Assembly: GCA_003552485.1 (NCBI GenBank) | Contig: PUMX01000039.1 | Coordinates: 1-32,601 of the forward strand | Direction: 5' to 3' | From: Candidatus Hydrogenedentota bacterium | Lineage (GTDB): Bacteria > Hydrogenedentota > Hydrogenedentia > Hydrogenedentales > SLHB01 | Length of the DNA stretch: 32,601 nt | Shown: positions 8,911 to 17,068 of the stretch, one piece after another | Numbering within the stretch: position 1 is the first letter of the stretch | Layout: each line of letters starts with the position of its first letter | Position numbers and translations under genes: made by a program | The notes under the pieces: generated by a model | Database searches by the model: none | Told to the model about the DNA's origin: nothing | Seen by the model: the letters and a program-made list of their open reading frames with translations, nothing else

Positions 8911-10245
8911 TTATCCGTAGTGGTTTTGGAGCGCCGTGATGACCCTCTCCATTTGCATTCCGCGCGACCCCTTGAGAAGCAATACGTCGCCCGGCTGCGA
9001 CACTGCCGCGATGGCTTCGGCCATGGCGTCGTGGGCCTCGATATGATGACATTGCGCGTTGGCCGCTCCTTCTCCAACGGCCGTCGAGTATTCACCCCGC
9101 ACGAACAAATGATCAATGCCGAGGCGGGCTGCCTCCTCACCCACGCGGCGGTGCCATTGAACGGCCTCGCTCCCGAGCTCAAGCATGTCGCCCAATGCGG
9201 CAATACGTTTGCCATTGCCGGGCCGGTCCGCAAGCGCGCGCAATGCGGCGATTACGCTGGCGGGGTTAGCGTTATACGTGTCATCAAGCACTTCAAGCGG
9301 TCCCACTTCAAGCCGCTTGAACCGCAATGTGTTGGCGGCGGCTTCGCGCAACGGCGCCTCGAATTCAGTCACGCCGTGCCGCAAGCCAACCGCTATCGCC
9401 AAGGCGACGTTTGTAGCGTGGGCCCGGCACATCAATGGCAGCGTCAGTTCGCCCAGAGGCTCGATGTCCAGGCGCATTTGCCCGTCATCGTCGAATTCAC
9501 AGCGCCGGATCGCCACGTCGCCCGTTGATCCGAAGCGCACAATCTCGCCAGCAAACGCCTCGCCGATAGCCTCACAGCGGGGATCGTCGGCATTCACGTA
9601 GAAGACGCCATCGTTTGGCAGCCCCTCAGCGATCTCCGCCTTCGCCCGCGCTACGTCGTCCACGGTTCCAAATCCTTCGAGATGAGCCGGAGCGATCAGC
9701 GTAATGGCGCTCTCCTTGGGTTGAACCAATGCCGTCATGCGCGCGATTTCGCCGCGATGGTTGGCTCCAAGCTCAAACACGCCAATCTCTGTCGTCTCAT
9801 CAATGCTCAACAGCGATAAGGGCGTTCCGATCTCGTTGTTTAGATTGCCTTCCGTCTTCGCAACCTTGTACCTGGTGGCCAGCAGGGCCGCGATCATTTC
9901 CTTCGCGCTGGTCTTACCGCACGACCCGGTAATCGCGATGAGCGGAATCCGGCGCTGCGCCCGATGCGCCGCCGCAAACGTTTGCAACGCTTTCAGCGGA
10001 TTCGGCGTGACAAGACACGGCCCGCCAGGATGAGCCTCCCGCGCAACGGCGGCGCAGGCGCCCCGTTCGAACGCATCGCCCACAAAAGCGTTGCCATCGA
10101 ATTGCTCGCCGGACAAGGCAAAGAACACCGCGCCGGGTTTAAGCGAACGCGTGTCCGTAGAGACGTGGGAAAACACGGCATTGGAAGACGGGGGTTGCGC
10201 GCCAATCCACGCCGCCAACGTCCGCACCTCATATTCCCATCCCAT
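8911..10245 (-). CDS. murF: UDP-N-acetylmuramoyl-tripeptide--D-alanyl-D-alanine ligase
   Basis: Mur ligase P-loop ITGSCGKTSAKEM, overall Mur ligase architecture, and position between murE and mraY. The start lies 1 nt from the murE stop. Confidence 0.9.
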   Translation of the reverse strand: MGWEYEVRTLAAWIGAQPPSSNAVFSHVSTDTRSLKPGAVFFALSGEQFDGNAFVGDAFERGACAAVAREAHPGGPCLVTPNPLKALQTFAAAHRAQRRIPLIAITGSCGKTSAKEMIAALLATRYKVAKTEGNLNNEIGTPLSLLSIDETTEIGVFELGANHRGEIARMTALVQPKESAITLIAPAHLEGFGTVDDVARAKAEIAEGLPNDGVFYVNADDPRCEAIGEAFAGEIVRFGSTGDVAIRRCEFDDDGQMRLDIEPLGELTLPLMCRAHATNVALAIAVGLRHGVTEFEAPLREAAANTLRFKRLEVGPLEVLDDTYNANPASVIAALRALADRPGNGKRIAALGDMLELGSEAVQWHRRVGEEAARLGIDHLFVRGEYSTAVGEGAANAQCHHIEAHDAMAEAIAAVSQPGDVLLLKGSRGMQMERVITALQNHYG

Positions 10246-10246
10246 G

Positions 10247-11731
10247 TTATCGCGTCTCCAGCGCGGCCCGGGCTACTTCCCGGTCGTCAAAGTGAATGCG
10301 CTCTGTTCCCAGAATCTGATAATCCTCATGCCCTTTGCCGGCAATAAGCACCAAGTCGCCGGGCCGGGCCATCTCAATAGCGCTGTGAATAGCCTCCGAA
10401 CGATCAAGAATCCGCAGATAATCGGGGCCGTGTTCCTTGCCTTTTTGGCGCAAGCCAATCTCAATATCCAACAAAATGCGCTCCGGATCCTCGTTGCGGG
10501 GGTTATCTGACGTCACAATAGCGTAGTCCGCAAGATCCGCCACGACCGCGGCCATACGCGGCCGTTTACCCCGATCGCGGTCGCCGCCACAGCCAAACAC
10601 GGCGATCAACCGCCCGCCGCACACCGACCGTGCGGATTGCAACACATTGCGCAGCCCGTCCTCCGTGTGCGCGTAATCCACGATAACCTGAAACTCTTGG
10701 CCCGCATCGATATGCTCAAACCGGCCCGGGACGGCGGGAAGATCGAACAGCGCCTGCGCCATGCTATCCACGTTCAATCCCAGCCCGCCCCCCACCGTAA
10801 TCGCACACAACGCGTTGGCCACGTTGTGCGGTCCCAGCAGACTCATGTCGACGCTAGCTTTGCCCCAAGGCGTCCGCGCCTGAAAGACGGTGCGCCGCTC
10901 GTTGGCGCGCACGCTATCCGCTTGGCAATCTCCCTCGGGACCGTACGTATAACACCTTACAGGACACGCTTCCACAAATGCGTTCCAATGCGGATCCCCG
11001 CGGTTGACCACGCCAAACGCGTCCTCGCCGGCGATCCGCTCAAACAGCTTCTGCTTGGCCCGCTGGTACGCTTCCATCCCCGCGTGAAAATCAAGATGAT
11101 CCTGGGTCAAATTCGTAAACGCCGCCACGTCAAATGATATACCGGCTACCCGCTCCTGCTCCAATGCGTGGCTGCTCACTTCCATGACCACATGAGATAC
11201 GCCCGTTTCCCGCGCCTGCCGAAACAAATCCGCGAGGTCCTCGGCAAACGGCGTAGTGTGCTTGCCCGGTTCGAGCGCATCGGTGAACGCGTAGCCAAGC
11301 GTGCCAAGAACGGCCGCCCGGTGACCCGCCGCGCGCAGCAGATGGCGCAAGATCAAGGAGGTGCTCGTCTTGCCGTTGGTGCCGGTGACGCCGATCACGG
11401 TCATCGCGCTGGACGGATCACCGGCCAGGTAATGCGCGGCCAGGCCAAGCGCGCGCCGTGAATGCTCGACCGCGACATAGGGAACAGCAAGCGTTTCCGG
11501 CGGCATGGGACGCTCGCCAACCACCGCTACGGCGCCGCGTTCCACCGCGTCGGCGGCATAGTCATGGCCATCCGCGTGCGCGCCCGCCGTCGCGACAAAG
11601 AGCGCGCCGGGAGTCACCCGGCGCGAGTCCTCGGTCACGGCATTGAACTCGGCGTCGCGCCCCGGCAAATCGCCGGCGCCCGCCAGTTCAAGCAGCCGGC
11701 TCAGTTTCATCGTCTTGGGATTTGGGCTCAT
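10247..11731 (-). CDS. murE: UDP-N-acetylmuramoyl-L-alanyl-D-glutamate--2,6-diaminopimelate ligase
   Basis: P-loop VTGTNGKTSTSLIL. The DNPRNEDP motif (DNPR is the signature of meso-DAP-adding MurE). Start is uncertain: ATG 11731, ATG 11710 (MKLSRLLEL) or TTG 11746. All three overlap the ftsI 3' end. Confidence 0.9.
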   Translation of the reverse strand: MSPNPKTMKLSRLLELAGAGDLPGRDAEFNAVTEDSRRVTPGALFVATAGAHADGHDYAADAVERGAVAVVGERPMPPETLAVPYVAVEHSRRALGLAAHYLAGDPSSAMTVIGVTGTNGKTSTSLILRHLLRAAGHRAAVLGTLGYAFTDALEPGKHTTPFAEDLADLFRQARETGVSHVVMEVSSHALEQERVAGISFDVAAFTNLTQDHLDFHAGMEAYQRAKQKLFERIAGEDAFGVVNRGDPHWNAFVEACPVRCYTYGPEGDCQADSVRANERRTVFQARTPWGKASVDMSLLGPHNVANALCAITVGGGLGLNVDSMAQALFDLPAVPGRFEHIDAGQEFQVIVDYAHTEDGLRNVLQSARSVCGGRLIAVFGCGGDRDRGKRPRMAAVVADLADYAIVTSDNPRNEDPERILLDIEIGLRQKGKEHGPDYLRILDRSEAIHSAIEMARPGDLVLIAGKGHEDYQILGTERIHFDDREVARAALETR

Positions 11732-13820
11732 CCGCTTGGCTGCCAAATTGGAGCCGGCAGACCCTCACCTCGCTAAGCGGGGTTCCCGGCGCCGGATCTT
11801 GTTCTACGACCCAACCCGCCCCCTGCATGGCGGACTTTACGCCAAGGGAGACGAGCCGGGCGCGGGCCTGACGTTTCGTCTTGCCCGTCAAATCGGGCAA
11901 TCGCGGCCCAACAGTCATAAGATCCTCTTCCAGCTCAATGAGTTCCAGACTGTCCAGCGGCTCAAACAAGAAATCCTCGGAGTTGTCGTAGCGCGGCAAT
12001 TCGGCCTCTTCCGGCTCATCGTCGAAGGCCGCCAATTCCAAAGGCTGCTCGACCGGATCAGGCGGCGTATTAAGCAAGATCAGCGCGTCACGCACGACTT
12101 CCTTAAATACCGGCCCGCAAATGAACCCACCCCAACGCTCACGAATGCCTGGCTCTTGAACAACGATGACCGCCACCAGTTGCGGGTCGCGAATCGGAGC
12201 AAAACCCGCGAATACGGCCGTGTAGCGATCAGGATCATAACCTCGCCCATCGAGCCGCGCCATCTGCGCTGTCCCCGTCTTGCCGCCCGCACGGTAATCC
12301 TTAATGTTCGCGCGGCGTCCCGTTCCCTCGGTGACGACAAGATGACTGAGGTAACGCATCGTCTCCACAGTCTGTGCGCTGAGTATACGTTGAGGCGGCG
12401 GCGCTTGCCGCTGGTAACTAGTCTCGCCATCGCGCGAAATCGCGCGCTCAACCACATACGGCTCAACGAGGTAGCCGCCATTTGCGATGACGGCGAACGC
12501 TCGAGCCAGTTGCGGCACAGTCACCGCAATCTCCTGTCCCATAGGCAGCGAACCCATGGAATAGCGGCTCCACTGCTCCTTCGGGCGGAAGGCGCCGTTG
12601 GCCTCGCCCGGAAAATCGCGGCCGGCCCGCTGGCCAAACCCGAAACGTTCGATCCACGTCTCGAGCAGTTCCGGTCCCAGCATCGCCGCAATCTTGATGA
12701 TGGCCACATTGCTGGACTGCGCATAAGCATTCCAGAACGGCTCGACGCCAAGCGAGTAGAAGTCGCGTATGCGGTGGCCGTACGGGTTGAACGATCCGTC
12801 TTCGCAGTCGATTTCCATTTCCGGTGTAACGAAGCCGTGTTCCAGCGCAGCCGCCGCGGTCACCAGTTTGAATACCGACCCCGGCTCGAACATGTCGCCT
12901 ACTACCCGGTTACGCCGGTTCTCGGGATCCGTCTTCGTAAACTGATTGGGGTTGTACGAGGGCACGCCGGCCATGGCCAACACGGCGCCGGTATGAGCGT
13001 CCATCACCATGCCCATGGCGCGGGTGGCCTCCGCCTTCTCCACCGCCTCGGCCAGATGATGCTCGAGCAAATGCTGGATATTGACATCCAGCGTCAATTC
13101 GAGGCTATCGCCCCCTTCCGGCGCGCGTTCCTCGAGCGTCAACGAAGCCAGCAGCGTTCGCCGCGCGTCCACGCGTGAGACGCGCACGCCCGGGGTGACG
13201 TGCAACAAGCTATTGTAGCGCGCCTCGATACCCTCAGCGCCGTCCCCCTCGTGATTTACAAAACCCAACACGTGAGACGCCAGCGACCCCTGCGGATAGA
13301 ACCGGATCGGTTCATCGCGGAACCACAGGCTGCCGCGGCCCCACGCCTCCACATCGCCCAGCGCCTCCACTTGATTCTGGTCAAGCCAGGGATGCACACG
13401 CACGCCTCGCAGCTTCTGCCCCGCCTGATTACGCCGCGTCAGACGGGCATAGATGCGCTCTTCATCAATGTCCAGCGCCTGGCTGATTCGCCGCGCCTTG
13501 CGGCGTGGATCATTGATCCGGCTGGGATTCGCGTAGAGAGTGGGAAGGGATTGGTCCGTCGCCAGCAGATTCCCCGCTCGATCGTAGATGTCCCCCCGGG
13601 CCTGATGGATGGCCACCCGCCCGATATGGCGGATGTCTTCCTCGGAAAACCTCGTGTCCGGCTCGATCTGCAACTGAAGCAGCCGCAGTACGATCGCAAT
13701 AAACGCCAACACGAAGGCCCCTCGGACAAGCCGCATTCGGCTCTTTTGCTCTTCTGCCGGCGGCGGACCATAAAGCGCTTCGTAATCGTTGTTATCCTGC
13801 CAATGACCGGAGTGCGTCAC
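11688..13820 (-). CDS. ftsI: class B penicillin-binding protein (FtsI/PBP3-like transpeptidase) with a C-terminal PASTA domain
   Basis: N-terminal TM anchor (FVLAFIAIVLRLLQL). Transpeptidase motifs SVFK (SxxK), SSN (SxN) and KTGTA (KTG). The C-terminal segment LPDLTGKTKRQARARLVSLGVKSAMQGAGWVVEQDPAPGTPLSEVRVCRLQFG is PASTA-like. Sits between ftsL and murE. Confidence 0.88.
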   Translation of the reverse strand: MTHSGHWQDNNDYEALYGPPPAEEQKSRMRLVRGAFVLAFIAIVLRLLQLQIEPDTRFSEEDIRHIGRVAIHQARGDIYDRAGNLLATDQSLPTLYANPSRINDPRRKARRISQALDIDEERIYARLTRRNQAGQKLRGVRVHPWLDQNQVEALGDVEAWGRGSLWFRDEPIRFYPQGSLASHVLGFVNHEGDGAEGIEARYNSLLHVTPGVRVSRVDARRTLLASLTLEERAPEGGDSLELTLDVNIQHLLEHHLAEAVEKAEATRAMGMVMDAHTGAVLAMAGVPSYNPNQFTKTDPENRRNRVVGDMFEPGSVFKLVTAAAALEHGFVTPEMEIDCEDGSFNPYGHRIRDFYSLGVEPFWNAYAQSSNVAIIKIAAMLGPELLETWIERFGFGQRAGRDFPGEANGAFRPKEQWSRYSMGSLPMGQEIAVTVPQLARAFAVIANGGYLVEPYVVERAISRDGETSYQRQAPPPQRILSAQTVETMRYLSHLVVTEGTGRRANIKDYRAGGKTGTAQMARLDGRGYDPDRYTAVFAGFAPIRDPQLVAVIVVQEPGIRERWGGFICGPVFKEVVRDALILLNTPPDPVEQPLELAAFDDEPEEAELPRYDNSEDFLFEPLDSLELIELEEDLMTVGPRLPDLTGKTKRQARARLVSLGVKSAMQGAGWVVEQDPAPGTPLSEVRVCRLQFGSQADEPKSQDDETEPAA

Positions 13821-13852
13821 GGCGCCCCTCCTTTAATGCCGCTGGAGGCCTT

Positions 13853-14251
13853 TTACTCCGCACTGTCGTACTCTACGCCTGAGCCGCCGTCCCGCGGTAA
13901 TCCCGCCAGTTCAATGGGGCTTTCCGGCTCGAACAGCGGCGCCGGGTCAGGAGACACCCGCACAATCTGGATCTGCTCGGCGACGGGTTCCACCAAGCCA
14001 AGATCGGGCGCCTTCGCATTGATGCGCTCCATAGCTTGCAGCCGCGCTTCTTCAGCGACTAGCCGGTCAATCTCCCGTCGCAGTTCACGCAGCTCCCGGG
14101 TCACGGTGGAGGCGGAATAGTCATTGTCCAAGCGTTGCATGCGCAACCATGTTTCCCCGAAAAGCACGCAGAAAGGAATCAATATAAACGGCAAACCGCG
14201 AATCCAACCACGCAGCCGCGGCCGCGAATGGTTCTTCGAAAAACTGGACAT
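13853..14251 (-). CDS. ftsL: cell division protein FtsL-like (bitopic, coiled coil)
   Basis: 132 aa with a basic N-terminus, a single TM (LPFILIPFCVLFGETWL) and a heptad-like segment (RELRELRREIDRLVAEEARLQAMERINAKAPDLGLVEP). Sits in the conserved slot between rsmH and ftsI. Confidence 0.6.
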   Translation of the reverse strand: MSSFSKNHSRPRLRGWIRGLPFILIPFCVLFGETWLRMQRLDNDYSASTVTRELRELRREIDRLVAEEARLQAMERINAKAPDLGLVEPVAEQIQIVRVSPDPAPLFEPESPIELAGLPRDGGSGVEYDSAE

Positions 14252-14256
14252 GGCGA

Positions 14257-15192
14257 TTACTCCTCTTCCGCGCCGAGCCGTTCAGCCGCCCGCAGGCAGG
14301 CGCTCTGGGCGCGGGGATTCCGTGCGACTTCGTCCGGGCCCGCATGAACGGGCTTACGGGTCAACAGACGCACACGCGGCGGCGTACGCTCAATCACCCG
14401 CCCGTCGGGTCGCCGCCGTTCACCAGGCCGCGACGCGCGCCTCAGCACATCCTTAATAATACGGTCTTCCCCTGAGTGAAAAGCAATGCCGACGAACCGG
14501 CCGCCGGGACGCAAGCGATCAATGGCCTGCTCAACACCTCCACGCAGATGAGCAAACTCGTTGTTGACCGCGATGCGAATGGCCTGAAATACGGTGCGCG
14601 CCTCCTCGGGCACGCGGTGATGCACCCCCAACGCGTCTTGGACGCAACGCACCAGATCCGTGGTGGTTCTCAGCTCGCCAGCGCGCGCCGCTCTTCCGAT
14701 TGCGCGCGCGAGACGGCGCGCCGGGCGCACATCCCCATATTCACGAAGGAAAGCAAAGATCTCTCGGTCAGAACTGCCGGCGAGGAACGCATTTGCGGGT
14801 AGCCCTTCCGCTGGATTCATGCGCATGTCAAGGCCCCCCTCCGCTTGAAAAGAAAACCCGCGCTCGGGCGCATCGAGCTGCACGCTCGATATGCCCGCGT
14901 CAATCAGCACGCCATCTACATTACCGATTCCCAGCGTATCCAGATGGGCCGGCAGCTCGCCGTAATTCCCTTGCACGACAGTCACGTGGCCAAACCCGCG
15001 CAGCCGCTCCCGAACCATCTCGATTGCCGCAGGGTCACAATCAATCGCGATGAGACGGCCCGCGGGACCAAGCCGCTCGGCTATACGCCGGGCATGGCCT
15101 CCCGCCCCCGCCGTGGCGTCGACATAGACGCCATCCGGCTGGGGATCCAGCCATTGCAGCGCTTCGTCTGCAAGAACCGGGACGTGATCCAC
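14257..15192 (-). CDS. rsmH: 16S rRNA (cytosine1402-N4)-methyltransferase
   Basis: MDHVPVLADEAL, the SAM motif VDATAGAGGH, and DAGISSVQLDAPERGFSFQAEGGLDMRMNP. These are typical RsmH/MraW signatures. Confidence 0.93.
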   Translation of the reverse strand: MDHVPVLADEALQWLDPQPDGVYVDATAGAGGHARRIAERLGPAGRLIAIDCDPAAIEMVRERLRGFGHVTVVQGNYGELPAHLDTLGIGNVDGVLIDAGISSVQLDAPERGFSFQAEGGLDMRMNPAEGLPANAFLAGSSDREIFAFLREYGDVRPARRLARAIGRAARAGELRTTTDLVRCVQDALGVHHRVPEEARTVFQAIRIAVNNEFAHLRGGVEQAIDRLRPGGRFVGIAFHSGEDRIIKDVLRRASRPGERRRPDGRVIERTPPRVRLLTRKPVHAGPDEVARNPRAQSACLRAAERLGAEEE

Positions 15193-15197
15193 GCGGA

Positions 15198-15542
15198 CTA
15201 GGCGGCTTCCTTGAAGACGCCGAGGGCCTGGCCCTCTGAATCAAAAATGTCGAACAACCCCGTAACGCCAACCATCCGAAACAGGCGCTCGATATACAGG
15301 TTGATCCCCACCAGTTTGATGTCTCCATGATGCGCGCGTATCTTGCGCAGCCGCTCGACGATGACGCCCAGTCCCATGTAACTCACGAAACGCACATCGC
15401 TGAAATTCATCACCAACTTGACTCGTTTGGCGTTCAGGCATTCAACAAAAGCTTCGCGCAGCTCATCGATAGCGTCTTCATTGATATCCCCGGACAGACG
15501 CAGAACGGTCACGCTTCCCACATCACTCCGCTCGATTTTCAT
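15198..15542 (-). CDS. STAS-domain protein (SpoIIAA/RsbV-type anti-sigma-factor antagonist-like)
   Basis: The C-terminal 114 aa of ORF 15198..15791. ATG 15542 is preceded by GGAGG 8 nt upstream. The sequence MKIERSDVGSVTVLRLSGDINEDAIDELREAF...VKLVMNFSDVRFVSYMGLGVIVERLRKIR...IKLVGINLYIERLFRMVGVTGLFDIF aligns by eye with SpoIIAA. Confidence 0.8.
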   Translation of the reverse strand: MKIERSDVGSVTVLRLSGDINEDAIDELREAFVECLNAKRVKLVMNFSDVRFVSYMGLGVIVERLRKIRAHHGDIKLVGINLYIERLFRMVGVTGLFDIFDSEGQALGVFKEAA

Positions 15543-16020
15543 TCTCGATTCCTCCTTCCGCCGTTGCGGCAACCCGCTCCTCTTGTCCCATGAACAGTTG
15601 CGTGGCCATATCCTTGTACGCCGCCTCGTTCTGTTCCTGGAACGCGCGCCAGTGCTCCTTGCTCCATATCTCAAGGTGATCGTCCACCCCGAGCAGTACC
15701 GCCTCTTTTTCAAGGCCCGCAAATTCTCGTAAGTGGGTGGGTATGTGCATCCGCCCTTGCGCATCAGGCTTGGCTTCGGCCACACTACCAAAAAACATAC
15801 GGCGAAAATCCAGAGCCTTCGCGTTCATTGATGAGTATTTTGCGGCTTGGGCGCGGATTTTCTGCCATTCCTCATGGTGGAATAGGAAGATGCTGCGATC
15901 AAAACCGCGAGTCATATACCAGACGGCATGGCCGAGCACGTTCATCGTCTCCCGGAAACGCCGGGGCATGATGATGCGGCCCTTCTCGTCCAAGCTGGTT
16001 GAATACTCGCCGAAGTACAC
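15523..16020 (-). CDS. mraZ: division/cell wall cluster transcriptional regulator MraZ
   Basis: Two MraZ/SpoVT-AbrB half-domains (YFGEYSTSLDEKGRIIMPRRFRE and DAQGRMHIPTHLREFAGLEKEAVLLGVDDHLEIWS). GTG 16020 gives the canonical (M)YFGEY N-terminus with GGGGGA 7 nt upstream. The longer ATG 16164 extension has atypical AT-rich codons. Confidence 0.88.
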   Translation of the reverse strand: MYFGEYSTSLDEKGRIIMPRRFRETMNVLGHAVWYMTRGFDRSIFLFHHEEWQKIRAQAAKYSSMNAKALDFRRMFFGSVAEAKPDAQGRMHIPTHLREFAGLEKEAVLLGVDDHLEIWSKEHWRAFQEQNEAAYKDMATQLFMGQEERVAATAEGGIENENRAE

Positions 16021-16403
16021 CGCCCGTCCCCCTTGAAACCACAGGAATGCAACGAAAATCCACTTAGCAACACCGAATCTACCACCACACTCCCCATAAA
16101 GGCAACACTGAAAATATTTACAGCAAACCTGTAGACAGGCGCTGGCCAGTAACGCACCAATCATGCGTGCAACGGCTCACCACAACATGTTGGGTCTTTC
16201 GGCGGGTTTTTGCGCAACAAGGACAAAATATTGTTGTGAAAATATCGTGTATTTGACTAATACCGTATCGAGGCCGCATACGAATCACGCCAATCACATC
16301 AACAGAACCGGCCAGCAGTTATCCGAGCCATTCTCGATCACGCGAGTAACTTGGCCCGTTCCCAACGGTCTACAGCCCTGCGCCAAGCCGCCAATAAAAG
16401 CAC

Positions 16404-16432
16404 TTGACAGAATCGCCGGCTCGTGCCACAGT
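16404..16432 (+). promoter_or_regulatory. candidate promoter for the Host_attach-like gene
   Basis: TTGACA-17 nt-CACAGT, a perfect -35 with a weak -10, about 120 nt upstream of ATG 16557. Confidence 0.3.
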
Positions 16433-16556
16433 GATGGTTGTAGGGTAGGCGTGATGCGAAACAAGGGAATTTGAAAGCAGCGGAGTAGAAAGGAGGTTGC
16501 AGAGCGAGAACCGCAACACAGTCCAGGCGTTTGGCCCAACACGAAAGGTCCAGACT

Positions 16557-17000
16557 ATGGCGAAAACATGGTACCTGGTCGCAAACGCTAGCACGGCGCG
16601 CCTCTACTCGAAAGAGGCTGGCGCGAAGAATCTTGTCCAGCTACAGCAGTTTGTCCACCCGGAAAGCCGTGAGACACGCAGGGAACTCAAGCGGGACCGT
16701 CCGGGGCTGCACCAGAGCGGAACAGGCGCCCAAGGCTCCTTCGTCGAACCTTCTGATCCCAAAAAGAATGAAGCGGACCGCTTTGCGCGCGAACTCTCCC
16801 AGAAGCTTCGTTCGGCCAAGACCCACGGCGACTTCGAACGGCTTGTGGTTGTGGCCCCATCCACTTTTGGACGCTATCTAACCAAGCACTTGGGAAACCT
16901 GATGAGTGACGCCGAAACCGCCATCATCGATAAGGACTACACGAGATTCGATGGCAAACGCTTGGCGGAACGGCTCGAGCGGCACATTGTGTTGAAATAG
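16557..17000 (+). CDS. host-attachment-protein family (Host_attach / bacterial eRF1-like) protein
   Basis: ATG 16557 has GAAAGG 8 nt upstream. The ORF-track start at 16497 is a TTG abutting AGGAGG with no spacer. The N-terminus MAKTWYLVANASTARLYS and the segment RLVVVAPSTFGRYLTKHL match my recollection of the Host_attach family pattern (tWvlvaDgs.ARif ... lvlvApp..LG.lr). About 147 aa. Confidence 0.65.
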   Translation: MAKTWYLVANASTARLYSKEAGAKNLVQLQQFVHPESRETRRELKRDRPGLHQSGTGAQGSFVEPSDPKKNEADRFARELSQKLRSAKTHGDFERLVVVAPSTFGRYLTKHLGNLMSDAETAIIDKDYTRFDGKRLAERLERHIVLK

Positions 17001-17024
17001 GAAAAATTGGGGGAAAGCAACTCC

Positions 17025-17061
17025 GGCCGGACCCGTCGGACCGCGCTTGGCGGGTCCGGCC
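17025..17061. terminator. strong hairpin between convergent genes (possible bidirectional terminator)
   Basis: Perfect 11-bp stem GGCCGGACCCG / CGGGTCCGGCC with a 15-nt loop, placed between stop 17000 (+) and stop 17069 (-). There is no adjacent U-tract on the plus strand. On the minus strand a T-run follows only after about 15 nt. Confidence 0.4.
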
Positions 17062-17068
17062 AAATGCG

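Noticed and set aside
8901-9233. A 111-aa N-terminal extension of the mraY ORF (606 aa in the track)
   Set aside because: The extension overlaps the 3' end of murF and has no MraY-like sequence. The canonical MraY N-terminus begins exactly at ATG 8900, 10 nt after the murF stop.
11643-13178. A 511-aa ORF on the plus strand, the longest unassigned ORF in the track
   Set aside because: It is entirely antisense to ftsI and the start of murE, both of which have clear catalytic motifs. Its translation is Arg/His/Leu/Pro-rich low-information sequence with no motif. This is typical of stop-depleted antisense frames in GC-rich DNA.
15543-15791. An 83-aa upstream extension of the STAS ORF (197 aa in the track)
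   Set aside because: It overlaps the mraZ coding region in another frame and is Arg-rich nonsense. An ATG with a GGAGG SD at 15542 gives a complete STAS domain.
16021-16164. A Cys-rich 48-aa extension upstream of MraZ (ATG 16164: MIGALLASACLQVCCKYFQCCLYGECGG...)
   Set aside because: Codons in this stretch are AT-ending (tat, ttt, tgt, ggt, gtt, aga), unlike all confident genes here. MraZ proteins start at the (M)xFxGxY motif, which GTG 16020 supplies with a GGGGGA SD. I treat the stretch as 5' UTR or operator DNA.
16163-16474. A 103-aa ORF inside the mraZ/Host_attach intergenic region
   Set aside because: It has no SD, atypical codon usage, His/Asn/Thr/Cys-rich sequence and no motif. It overlaps the AT-rich putative promoter DNA.
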